Assembly (NCBI GenBank): GCA_965203295.1
Contig: CBDBCZ010000010.1
Span: forward strand, 32,001-96,000
Direction: 5' to 3'
From: Nitrospirales bacterium
GTDB lineage: Bacteria > Nitrospirota > Nitrospiria > Nitrospirales > UBA8639
DNA length: 64,000 nucleotides
Each line of letters begins with the position of its first letter. The first letter of the stretch is position 1. The notes under the pieces were generated by a model. The model searched no databases and had not been told where the DNA came from. It worked only from the letters and a program-made list of their open reading frames with translations. This document shows, piece by piece, positions 13,154 through 24,773 of this stretch. A program made the position numbers and the translations under genes.

Positions 13154-13399
13154 ATGTCCAAGTTTGCCATCAAAATCCTTGGACTTTCCGATATTGTCCT
13201 AAATCCTATAGAAATCCATGTACACACAGTGGAAATCCAGCTCACAACACTAGCTATCTATTCCACTGTCACTTGCAGTCCTATTGTTGAATGGACAATC
13301 CACAGATATCCACTATGACCCACTCAGTCCAATGGATTTTCATGGAGTGTCCACATTCTCCTCTGTCCATTCCAGTCCACTATCGAATAAACATCCCTA

Positions 13400-13875
13400 G
13401 ATCATCCAGGGATATCCACTATGACATACTGTTCCATCCAGTTTAATGGATGTCCATGGATCATCCCCTATAAATCCACTTGACATAGTATATGTACTCA
13501 TTCCACTGTCCCATCCGGTCCAACTGTCCAATGGATGTCCATGGATTATCCACGGCCATCCACTTGACATAGTACCTGTTCCACTGTACCATCCAGTCCA
13601 ACTGTCCAGTGGATGTCCGTGGATTATCCACGGTCATCCACTTGACATAGTACCAGTACCTGTTCCACTGTCCCATCCAGTCCAACTGTCCAGTGGATGT
13701 CCGTGGATTATCCACAGTCATCCACTTGACATAGTACATGTACCTGTTCCACTGTCCCATCCAGTCCAATTGTCCAATGGATGTCCTTGGATTATCCAGT
13801 CATCCACTTGACATAGTACATGTACCTGTTCCACTGTCCCATTCAGTCCAATTGTCCAGTGGATGACCATGGTGC
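13400..13875. repeat. Left subterminal tandem array (~70-76-bp unit, about 6 copies)
   Basis: CCACTGTCCCATCCAGTCCAACTGTCCAGTGGATGTCCGTGGATTATCCAC repeats; loosely the inverse of the right-end array. Confidence 0.85.
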
Positions 13876-14095
13876 ACATGGATCACTGACAGACATCCGC
13901 TTTAGCACTATACTGTCACGTTCTGAATCAATAGCAAATAGCCGATGACATGTGACAAAATATAGGAGGCTAGTATGTATGAGGGTTATATGAGGATACA
14001 TAAAATGTGTAGGAGGTTACGTAGTATAATATGATGGGGATGTCATATATATATGATTAAATAAGTATTGTTTGGTATCACAGCAGTAACTGGTC

Positions 14096-17000
14096 TGTAT
14101 ACTACAACTTGAGGCGCTTTGATGTGCTTTGCTGGCCCTTGCATGGTGTACTTTCGGGACTCTTTCTTGGGCTTTCACTGTAACTTCTGAGAGTCTTTCT
14201 TGGACTTCTCCTAAGTGTCGCCACTTCACTTGGAGGCCGTTTCCCAAGAATGCCTTCACCATTTTCCCTATGATGCAAGAAATCTACTTAATTACAATGA
14301 CAGTAGCAAGGCTTAATTTGCACAGCAAGATTCTTACATGTCATCTGGGCCGTGTTGGTCTTTGACCTTTGTGTCTTCAAAGGCCCTTGAATATTGAAGG
14401 AGGGAGAGGTTGTATTTCTCGGCCAGTTTTCTTGCGAATGCTACCTTTCCCTCAGAATCTTCCGGAATGGGAGTCTTGTAGAACTTAAAAGCCTAAAGTA
14501 AAGTCAATGTTCAAGTAAAATGTAACGGTAATTATCTCACTACTTAAAAAAAACAAACCAACCTTCACTGTGCCCTTCGTTTTCTTGGGTGGCAGTTTAC
14601 CCATGCCATCCTCCTGCAGTTTAGTTAGAGCCTGCAGAGCTCCTTCTATACCACCCCTATTCCGAAACTTCCTCTTTTGATGGACCCAGAAGGACACATC
14701 GAGAAATTTCCCAGGAAGATTCAGCAGTAACGTTTCGTTGGACTCCTGTTGTGGCCCATGTACGGTCTCATGTACAACTCCTTCACCAGCAACTACCAGC
14801 TCCAGTTCATCATCAATTTTCCCTCGGCCAGATATATAGGCTGTGTGCTGGCAGCACACTTCAACGAAGTTGATTGCAGCCTCAGTCGCTTTGTTTGAGA
14901 TTGAGTCAGCTATGGGAGCATCACTCTCTATGTGGAAAAGTACATGCATAGCCACACTCACTCGCAGGATCTGTCCCATGGACTTGCTCAACATTCCTGA
15001 AACATACAAAGGTGAAAGGTTATAGGGCTTGGGTAGCCTCGTTCCTAGGCCCACAACTTCTTCTGTTACACGAAGGAAAGTGACTGCTTTGTGTATCCGA
15101 AAAAGTCTCAGGCGTGGGAATGAGGCTATAGGGCTAGGGTTGAAGGCTATGGCTTCAGATTCATTACATATAAGGTGTGAAATAGAGCAGTGTCTATCAC
15201 TTACTCATATGCTACTTCCTTAGGCTGAGGCTAATGCACACAACATTGGAACTAATATCATTGCTGATAGTATGCAAGTGTTGCTACAGTTTTGTTCAAA
15301 TCAGCACTACTATTTCCCCTTGGCTCTAACTACTGTCTCGGCAGATAGAGCTCAGGAGAGATAAGTAGAGGTATTTGGTGTTGCGTCACTGTGCAGGTGG
15401 GGAATACATTCTTGAAAGGATGAAGTAACATAGACCAAAGGCTGGTTGAAGCTCAAATTAATGTTGTGTAGCATAGTACAGTTTCTATTTAGAATATACC
15501 CAAATCTTCCTGGCTCAGAGAATTTTGTTTATTGTTATAGAGTAGGCAGTCTTTGTTACTGCTAAGCAGACTTCAGCTGTATTATATGGATTCTATATTT
15601 CTCTATTACTTCTAGCTACTATCACACACCTGATAATAAATCATCCATCGCTGCAATTGTTAGTAGCTGTGTTTGCGTTCTGTCATATTTTTGCTTGAAT
15701 AAAGCTAATTGTGACTCTTCTAGGGGAAGATGAAACACTTTTTTCCCCACATCCTTTCCATCTGCTGGCTTCTTCCACATTCCAGCAAGCAATGTAACTA
15801 CATGTACAAGACATTGAAAAATTGTATTACTGCATGAAATAACATGTTGTTGGATCATGATTGACACGGAGGTCTGAGGTTTACCTATTTTGTCAGTGAA
15901 TGTCTTGTCAGTGGGCTCCAAAGTTGCAAAGTTAGCATAAACTGGTTTAGGGAACATCCACAGGAAGCTGAGTCCTTTTTCTGCATTTCCTGGAAGCTCT
16001 ATTAGAGCTCTTGCAACAGCTGGCTGATTGAATACTCCGACTGTGAGGCTGGTAGCATCCATCCTAAAGTTAGCTTCACCTGTGACTGTATAAATGAAAA
16101 TGTATACAATGTACCTGCAAAAACTTCAAATGTTAAAACAGATGCTATATTAAATCAACAAAGAAGTGAATGTCTTTGCCAGTAATTTAGCTTGCTACCA
16201 TATTAAAGCACCTTGTTAATATAAAAATCTATTAGGATTGCTAAAGTTTCATTAAATAATTGTTGATTGTATACGCTAGAAGGTAAGTACAGTTCGTGAG
16301 AAGCACACGTTTTAGAGTGAGTTTCCTACCTGCTGCACTTCGATATACTAGCTAGCTATTGTTCATTGTCTCAATGTAAATAACTAACCAGTTGTCCTGG
16401 TCCAGGGGTTTGCATTATAGAGCTCCAAAAACATTGCCAATTCATGGGAATCGTTGAGGCCACGGCTGCTGTACAGTTTGATTTTGGTCAGAAAAGATGA
16501 CAGTCCATCATTTTGTGCCATCAGCACTCCCATTTTCTCAAATGTAGCATCAGAGAGCAACCATGGAGGGTCTGTATCTACAAAGATACAAAGCAGTCAT
16601 GCACATGTGTACATGTACCACAGTAAATGAGTGCATCAAAGGTGGTGGGTTGGGGGCAAACTAATACTAATTAGCCCTCTGAGTAAATTAACACCTTAGA
16701 TTGGACTTGGCGCTTCTAATCAGCAGCAATTTACAGGTGCATAGGCACTAATCAACATACTCACACACCAACTGGAGTTCCAGTTATACTATTACCATTA
16801 TGTAGACGTACAAATAGTATGTAATTTGACCACCTGTGCCTACATGTACATAACATTTTACTATACCTGAACATCTAGCGGCTTGACGTATGTTGTGAAG
16901 CAGTCCTCGTAAGAATTGATATATGGTAGTCTTGCGGCTCCCTGTTGGCATACTGATGGTTAGCCAAATAAGGATAGGCTCCACCCAATCAGTTCCCGGC

Positions 17001-17604
17001 ACTGTTACTTCAGCCGGTGAAAGCACAAAGCTTGTCAAGATCAGCAGTCCTCCCAGAACAGCTGCAGGCGGGACACTCATTGCTTTGCCGACCTGTAAAC
17101 AACCCTATGTATGCATATGAAACAAGCACATTAGTGTACAGACTGAATTAATACCACATATAATTGTAGGGCAATGTGAACAATGGAAAAGATTAGAGCA
17201 CGTGTTATTGTGGTGAATATTATTAGAGTTGACAGAGATAGATGATGCATTAATTGCTGAATGCTCATATCTGGTTCTTCTAATTTGTTTTTCCCTACGG
17301 TAGCAATTACTATGCTATTCAACTCATGAGCACTAAGTGGAAATATTGATATTCCAATTATCAGATAGCTACCTAGCCAGTACTCCCAAATCTGTGTCTG
17401 TGGGACACATACATATAGAGTTCACGCACACCTTAACCTACGTACAATGTTAACTGTCTAAACCATATGGCTATTTTACTATATCACATATGTATTCACC
17501 TCTCTCAGCACACGTGGGTATAGATTCCAATTCAGGTCCAAGGTCCAGCAGCTTTCCAGCCTCTTTCTGGTGTCCTTACTTCTCTCTGATCTAGGAGTTG
17601 CCAT
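14096..17604 (-). CDS. DUF3987-like P-loop NTPase, about 8 exons, possibly slightly decayed
   Basis: Exons: 17604-17500 MATPRS; 17092-16867 ..WVEPILIWLTISMPTGSRKTT; ~16578-16388 PPWLLSDATFEKMG..LELYNANPWTRTT; ~16085-15884 TSLTVGVFNQP; ~15800-15629; ~14997-14563 LSKSMGQILRVS; ~14485-14338; ~14270-14096. The introns read GT-AG. Confidence 0.7.
15034..15128. mobile_element. 95-bp Academ-like MITE in an intron
   Basis: TAGCCTCGTTCCTAGGC...GCGTGGGAATGAGGCTA, same termini as the large AcademH element; flanks TAGGGCTTGGG / TAGGGCTAGGG. Confidence 0.7.
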
Positions 17605-17757
17605 CAGTGATGAAGAACAAATTTCTGGCTTTCTCTTGTAATGACAGTTGTCTGTTTGACACCTTGTGGTTGCTATGATTACATCATGCATGCATTTGCC
17701 CTTGACAACCTTGGTGTGAAATTTGATGGCTGGTGCTTTGTACTGTATAGCCTGAAG

Positions 17758-20700
17758 ATGGATGTAGTCACAGCTAAAGTTACAGATGTTGCTGTTCTCA
17801 GAAGGATGCTGTTTGCCACTGCTTATCTACCTACTGACATCCCTAACTATTGGGCTATCATAGCAAGTTTTGGTTCCCTGCACAGTTCTGAGAAGGCATG
17901 TATTTCACCACAAGTAGCACAGATGACGATGGAGAATGTGCAGGTCCTGAATGCAGATGCTTTTTATGCAGACATCGATTTAACAAGGGAGCTTGTTACT
18001 ATGGAAATTGGCCCAAACAAGCAGCCATGTGGAATTCCCCTCATTCCAAAGCAGCGGCTGTGTCTTTCATGTGGGGAAAAGCTTCCCTTACGGAGTGACC
18101 GTCCTAGTAGGCTTACTGTCTATACAGCATCTCTGGGTACACTTCCTGCTACTCATTACCACAAGTATTGCCATAATTATCGTAAGGGGTGTAAGCTAGT
18201 CCATTTCTATGGATACTACAAATTGGGAGATGGAGTCCTGCACTACAGCAATGACTGCTTGTCTCTGCCATACTTTTTATCATCACAAGAAATTGGTTTT
18301 GAGTTGGTCATGTTAAAGCACTTTGATGTTGAGCTCCTCATTGGCCAGATATCGTACATGCAAAAGGCTGATATATATAACATCTCCAATGGATACGACA
18401 CAACAAAGAAGGAGTGCTCTGCCATTGAGAAGAAACCAGAAGCACGCAAACAGCCCGCACATGGGTATGTGTAGGTAGAAGAGCTGCATACTTGTACACT
18501 CTGTGTGTATATATACATATATATATACGTATAGGATAGATCCCTCCCTAGAGGGAACTAACCGACTTAAGCGCCCGTGGGAAACCAAGGGAAACCGAGG
18601 AAGTGCTAATGGGTCGAGGGCGTAGCCCGAGACCCAATTAGCACTTCCGAGGTTTCCCGCGGTTTCCCAAGGGCGCTTAAGTCGGTTGGTTCCCTCTAGG
18701 GAGGGGTCTATCTGTCTTAGACCATACCGCTAATTGAAAAAGATTGCAGCTGGCTGACTGTTGCCATATATGGGTATGCTCACCGTTGCTTGGAAATAGC
18801 CAATCCAATGTTAGAGAGTAATGCGTAGTGGCGCGTCATCGTGTATCTGGCCAATCAATTGTTCGAATTGCAGTGATGTCACAGAATAGCCTATAAAAGG
18901 TGGATTTTCTAAGGCGCGTTTGTGCATGCAGTGAGTGCTGAAGAGCAGTTTTGTGGCGAGATTTTTTTTTTTTTTGTAGTGCTGCAGCACCCTAGTGTAC
19001 TATGGAAGAAGGTGGCTGGGGGTTTAATGCGCTGAATTTTGACGAGTTTGAACCGAACATCGATGACTCGGAAGATTTCAAGCTGACTACCAGCGAAAAT
19101 AGCAAGCGGTTTGGTTCCCCCTTGTCTGCAAAAGCAATTGATCGAGCTATCGCTGATCGGGTACCTGAAAAAACACGAAAAACTACACAATGGGCAATGA
19201 GCGTGTTTCGTTCGTGGTGTGATGCTCGTTCGATCAACGAGCCTACTGAAAAGCTGTCGAGTGATATGCTAGCTGATTTGCTGCGTCGATTCGTAATGGA
19301 GGCCCGTCGCCAGGATGAAACCCCATACCCTCCGGCCACCCTGATGCAGATTGTCGCGGGGATTCAGCGTTACTTCAGAGAGAATGGCCAACCGAGTCTT
19401 ACCGTTTTTGGTGATAAAGACCCTCGGTTTGCACGGACTCGTGGTAGCCTGGACGCGAGGATGAAGACCTTGACGAAGGAGGGTGTTGGGACGGAGTCGA
19501 AGCAAGCTCAACCGTTGACAAAGGAACAAGAAGAGAAGTTGTGGAGCCTTTCGATTTTTTCCTTGAATACTGGTTGGGGCCTTACGTACATTGTCTTCTG
19601 GTACAACTGCAAACTCTTCGGCCTCAGAGGTGGAGACGAGCACCGATCACTTGTTCGTGAGCAGTTTGAAATCGACTACGATCAGCAAGGGCGGTTTTTG
19701 CGATTCAAAGGGCGCAACTCGAAGAACGTACAAGGTGGAATTAAGCAACGAAAAGTTCGATTCAAAGATCTGAAGATTTACGCTCGCCAAGATCTCGGAG
19801 AGAGGTGTATTGTGGATGTGTACAACCACTACTTCGGCTTCATTCCTCAGACCGGGCCTTTCTACCGCAAGCCTACAGGAGATGATCCTCCCAAATACAG
19901 TAAGCAGGTGATTGGGAAGAATAAGCTTGGGGGTTTGGTGAAGGAGATGTGTAGTCGCGCTGGCTTTACCGGCTGCTATACCAACCATTCTGGAAAAGTC
20001 ACTTGCGCTATCGAATTGTTTGCCCACAATGTGGATGAGCAGCTTATAATGCGACAAACGGGTCACCGCAGCTCTGCTGTTAGGGCTTACAAGAGGCCTG
20101 GTGTAGCTCATGATGCGTTGGTTTCCGCCATCCTGCAGCCGCCAGCTCCAAAGCAAGCTAAGTCAGTTGACAAGTTAGACGTCCCTCCACCAAAATGCAA
20201 GCCATTGTGTGAGTGTCAGGAGCCGCCTCCTCAAGGTGTAGCTGCAGTGGAATCCAGGTCGAATGAACCATCGGTAGAATCCAAGCTGTCGGAGTGTTGG
20301 AAGTCGCCTCCGCAAGGTGCAGTGGATTTCAAGCGGGAAATGCCACCTGTTGCTTCCAAGGAGAACTATGCCCCACCTACATTCCAGTTGCCTGTTGTTC
20401 TTAACTTTAATTTTGGACGTTGTTGAAGCAGCAGTTTCAAACATACTAAGTGCTTGGACATCTGACTCATTATGTAGCACTCCCGTTTTGCCATTTATCC
20501 AACCCATGTATCACTTTCACTGGCTTTCTCATTTTTGATCACTTTCATGATTTATCTGATTCATGTAGAGCTGGTTTGCCATTGTTTTCTCCAAAATATT
20601 TCAGTACATGTATCACTCTGGTTGCTCCTTTTGATTGTTTGCTGATATATACATACTAAGCGCTTAGTATGTTTGTATAGGCATACTGAGAGCTTTTTTT

Positions 20701-22850
20701 GCTAATGTCATTTTAGTACCCTGGTCTAACCGGTGACTTCAAAGAGTAAGGGGGGGTTTAACCTACTTAAATGCCCTGGACTAACCGGAAAACTTCAAAG
20801 GAAATACCTTATTAATTATTCATGTATGGTCTAAATAATTTTTGATAACGGTTATTAATTTAATCACAATGCCGTATACTTGCAGAGTGCAGCAGGAACG
20901 CCAACAGATGGACAGACGACGATTTGAGGCTGCCCACCTCAAATATGCAGCTCTCAAAATGGCAGCTAATTACTCCGAAGCCCTTCCTAGTCTTGCAGAA
21001 GATCACACCTGCCTTGTTCCTTGCCTTTGAAGCTAGATACGCTGGTAAGTATAAGTCTGCATATATGCAAGGTTTGTGTGTCTGTATGCTAACCAATATT
21101 CATATTGTCTGGTGTACATACATGTAGCACACACATGCACATACCCAGGCTGTGGCAGCGTCCTCGTGTTTGATGGTAACATGAAAAACAGAAGAGATGT
21201 GTGCTATGCCAAGGATATCGATGCTGGGTTCATTCAGTTTGATGGGCTCGCTGGATCGATCAAGACAGGGTGTCATGCAACCCCAGAGTTCAAAAGTTGC
21301 CATTGTACTCAGCACAAAAACAATGCATGTGATCACCTGCTGTGTGGGGATGTTGATCCTGACGAAGAGCTGGATGTACCCACGGGGCCTGCACTACGAT
21401 CGCACCAGAGGAAGGTGAACCCTGGAAGCCCAGTTGCAGAGATGATAGTAGCTAAAAAGGCAACCAGGAAGCAAACCTACTACCAGGTATTTATGTATCT
21501 CTATATATATATTCACATGTATATACCCAATTAAGAAATCACGCATAGTGATGCAATACTGTCTTTTACTAATAGGTCCTTTGGCTAGGCCACCCAGAGT
21601 GTAAAGCAACTTGGGAGCCTGCATCTTCTCTCCCACAAAATCTGGTTGCTGACTACGAAGCAGGAATTACTGCAGAAAGCGCAGTAGACACAGTGTCACT
21701 ATATGGTCATGTGTCTAGCACTGTGACACTAGCTCAGAGGAGTCTTGATGGGGCATCTCCACCAAAAAAGAAGAAAGGAGAGCGGCCATGCCATGGTGAC
21801 TTGGAAGGGTAGGTTTCATAGCCTATTCAACACAGGAATGTGTTTCAATCGGTTGGTTTTACGTATAATTGTAGAGTGTTTGAGGAGATCACTGCTGAGA
21901 AGCTAACCTGCAATACAGAGAAAGATCGTACAGTTCGCCTAAATCACAGAACAGCAGGTACGTTTCTGGAGTACTATATATAAAGGTGTAAAGCCTTCAA
22001 TCTTCATACATCTCTGATAGGGATTGTGGTGGGAATGTGGCCTTGTGGGGTCATTACTCTTCTTCGAGAGCTCTTTCTGGCTGAGTCAAAAGCTCAAGTA
22101 TATGGCCATCTTCACCAGTTTCTACAGTCTGCACCTGCAACAGCCTCAAACCTGGGTATGTGTTTATATATACCCGCTGTAGGGGAGACAACTACTTCTA
22201 TATTTATAGTACTGTTGATATGTACTGCATTTGATGCTGTACATGATCTACTTTTCTACATTCAGAGTATGTTTGCTATGATGACGGTTGTCACTTTGCC
22301 AAGTATGCAGCCAATCCTTGCAGACGAGACCTGACAGAAACCACCAAGATTCTGTCCAGCATAAGCATTGTGGTGGATAAAATGCACATGGCAGGGCATG
22401 TTGATCCGTGGTGCCTGAAGACCTGTGACCCACACCTTTTCAAGGACTTGGAGAAGGTATGTTCATTTCCATCTTTATGGTGGCAATGGAGTTACAGATA
22501 ATTGTATTGTGCAAAACAGCAATGATATTTGTCACAGGTTGTTTTATTGACTCCTAGGGCTACATGCATTCCTACTACAGTACATATATAGATAGGTTCA
22601 TAAATAGTAGATGAGCATGCATGTCTTTCCCATATTAAACCCCCAATTGCTGCCACCTTTAGTTATGTACCCCTCTGAATACATGCAGGTGGACACCGAG
22701 GTTTGTGAGCAGACATTCTCATGGTTGTCTCGCTATAAAAAAATGACACACCGAATGAATCGCCATACTTTTATATTCTTTCTCTTGTACTTGTGTGAAC
22801 TACACAATAGTAGAGAGCTGGAAAAACTTCAGCGAGCCAACTCTATGTAA
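17758..22850 (+). CDS. KDZ (Kyakuja-Dileera-Zisupton class) transposase with CxC5/CxC6-like clusters, about 8 exons; integrity uncertain
   Basis: CLSCG..RLTVYT..THYHKYC..GCKLVHFYGYY; CTYPGCGSVLVFDGNMKNRRDVC; TAGIVVGMWPCG..ELFLAESKAQV; CYDDGCH; VVDKMHMAGHVDPWC..CDP; DTEVCEQTFSWL..LCELHN. Confidence 0.8.
18535..18712 (+). repeat. 178-nt imperfect palindrome (hairpin) at the end of tyrosine-recombinase element 1
   Basis: GATAGATCCCTCCCTAGAGGGAAC...GGGC-GTA-GCCC...GTTCCCTCTAGGGAGGGGTCTATC. Confidence 0.95.
18799..18900 (+). promoter_or_regulatory. Putative Pol II promoter of the YR gene
   Basis: CCAAT motifs at about 18800 and 18851, and CCTATAAAAGG at about 18891-18900, roughly 100 bp upstream of the ATG. 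Confidence 0.5.
19002..20426 (+). CDS. Crypton-type tyrosine recombinase (DUF3504 / ZMYM-QRICH1-KCTD1-like), intact, intronless, 474 aa
   Basis: Catalytic set GLRGGDEH, SKN, NHSGK, TGHRS, VRAY; N-terminal KTTQWAMSVF..LRRFVMEARRQDETPYPPATL. Confidence 0.9.
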   Translation: MEEGGWGFNALNFDEFEPNIDDSEDFKLTTSENSKRFGSPLSAKAIDRAIADRVPEKTRKTTQWAMSVFRSWCDARSINEPTEKLSSDMLADLLRRFVMEARRQDETPYPPATLMQIVAGIQRYFRENGQPSLTVFGDKDPRFARTRGSLDARMKTLTKEGVGTESKQAQPLTKEQEEKLWSLSIFSLNTGWGLTYIVFWYNCKLFGLRGGDEHRSLVREQFEIDYDQQGRFLRFKGRNSKNVQGGIKQRKVRFKDLKIYARQDLGERCIVDVYNHYFGFIPQTGPFYRKPTGDDPPKYSKQVIGKNKLGGLVKEMCSRAGFTGCYTNHSGKVTCAIELFAHNVDEQLIMRQTGHRSSAVRAYKRPGVAHDALVSAILQPPAPKQAKSVDKLDVPPPKCKPLCECQEPPPQGVAAVESRSNEPSVESKLSECWKSPPQGAVDFKREMPPVASKENYAPPTFQLPVVLNFNFGRC

Positions 22851-22920
22851 ACTGACTTTTGTGTATATTGTGCCTATAACATGGTATCATTGCACCCATC
22901 TCATGTTCTGTACAGTAGTG

Positions 22921-24690
22921 TGGACAGTGGGATATGTCTGCCTGGTGTGGATACCATTGGATGATCCAACCCATTCCATGGCTCCATGGATTGGGACGGA
23001 CTGTGGGATATATCTGCCTGGTGTGGATACCATTGGATGATCCAACCCATTCCATGGCTCCATGGATTGGGACGGACTGTGGGATATATCTGCCTGGTGT
23101 GGATACCATTGGATGATCCAACCCGTTCCATGGCTCCATGGATTGGGACGGACTGTGGGATATATCTGCATGGTGTGGATACCATTGGATGATCCAACCC
23201 ATTCCATGGCTCCATGGATTCGGACGGACAGTGGGATATGTCTGCCTGGTGTGGATACCATTGGATGATCCAACCCGTTCCATGGCTCCATGGATTGGGA
23301 CGGACTGTGGGATATATCTGCATGGTGTGGATACCATTGGATGATCCAACCCATTCCATGCCTCCATGGATTCGGACGGACAGTGGGATATATCTGCCTG
23401 GTGTGGATACCATTGGATGATCCAACCCATTCCATGGCTCCATGGATTGGGACGGACTGTGGGATATGTCTGCATGGTGTGGATACCATTGGATGATCCA
23501 ACCCGTTCCATGGCTCCATGGATTGGGACGGACTGTGGGATATATCTGCATGGTGTGGATACCATTGGATGATCCAACCCATTCCATGCCTCCATGGATT
23601 CGGACGGACAGTGGGATATGTCTGCCTGGTGTGGATACCATTGGATGATCCAACCCATTCCATGGCTCCATGGATTGGGACGGACTGTGGGATATATCTG
23701 CCTGGTGTGGATACCATTGGATGATCCAACCCGTTCCATGGCTCCATGGATTGGGACGGACTGTGGGATATATCTGCATGGTGTGAATACCATTGGATGA
23801 TCCAACCCATTCCATGGCTCCATGGATTCGGACGGACAGTGGGATATGTCTGCCTGGTGTGGATACCATTGGATGATCCAACCCGTTCCATGGCTCCATG
23901 GATTGGGACGGACTGTGGGATATATCTGCATGGTGTGGATACCATTGGATGATCCAACCCATTCCATGCCTCCATGGATTCGGACGGACAGTGGGATATA
24001 TCTGCCTGGTGTGGATACCATTGGATGATCCAACCCATTCCATGGCTCCATGGATTGGGACGGACTGTGGGATATGTCTGCATGGTGTGGATACCATTGG
24101 ATGATCCAACCCGTTCCATGGCTCCATGGATTGGGACGGACTGTGGGATATATCTGCCTGGTGTGGATACCATTGGATGATCCAACCCATTCCATGGCTC
24201 CATGGATTGGGACGGACTGTGGGATATGTCTGCATGGTGTGGATACCATTGGATGATCCAACCCGTTCCATGGCTCCATGGATTGGGACGGACTGTGTGA
24301 TATATCTGCATGGTGTGGATACCATTGGATGATCCAACCCATTCCATGGCTCCATGGATTCGGACGGACAGTGGGATATGTCTGCCTGGTGTGGATACCA
24401 TTGGATGATCCAACCCGTTGCATGGCTCCATGGATTGGGACGGACTGTGGGATATATCTGCATGGTGTGGATACCATTGGATGATCCAACCCATTCCATG
24501 CCTCCATGGATTCGGACGGACAGTGGGATATATCTGCCTGGTGTGGATACCATTGGATGATCCAACCCATTCCATGGCTCCATGGATTGGGACGGACTGT
24601 GGGATATGTCTGCATGGTGTGGATACCATTGGATGATCCAACCCATTCCATGGCTCCATGGATTGGATGGGATGGGCAGTGGGATATGCT
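22921..24690. repeat. 76-bp tandem array, about 23 near-identical copies (right subterminal array of the KDZ element)
   Basis: Unit GTGGGATATATCTGCCTGGTGTGGATACCATTGGATGATCCAACCCATTCCATGGCTCCATGGATTGGGACGGACT; ORF starts recur every 76 bp. Confidence 0.97.
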
Positions 24691-24773
24691 AATATACTAT
24701 GGAAAGGAGCAGATGCCACTGGACTTTTGGATTTCCAGTGGTGTCCAAGGATTTCGATGGCAAACTTGGACAT

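Larger units (their letters stand above)
18535..20834 (+). mobile_element. Crypton-type tyrosine-recombinase element 1, inside intron 1 of the KDZ gene; exact ends uncertain
   Basis: Terminal hairpin, 11-bp inverted repeat TTAGACCATAC (18717-18727) / GTATGGTCTAA (20824-20834), single YR ORF; follows a TA-rich tract. Confidence 0.75.
13154..24773. mobile_element. KDZ-class TIR transposon carrying a DUF3987-like gene
   Basis: 31-bp TIRs ATGTCCAAGTTTGCCATCAAAATCCTTGGAC (13154-13184 / 24743-24773, 1 mismatch), flanked by CACTC on both sides. Related subterminal arrays at both ends in inverted orientation. Splits the RecQ gene. Confidence 0.82.

Noticed and set aside
19002..20426. Host ZMYM/QRICH1/KCTD1 gene or prophage integrase
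   Set aside because: Intronless, retains catalytic residues, has no MYM or BTB domains and no phage genes nearby, and is inserted in another TE's intron.
22921..24690. Possible CRISPR array
   Set aside because: Units are contiguous near-identical 76-mers with no unique spacers, there are no cas genes, and the context is eukaryotic.
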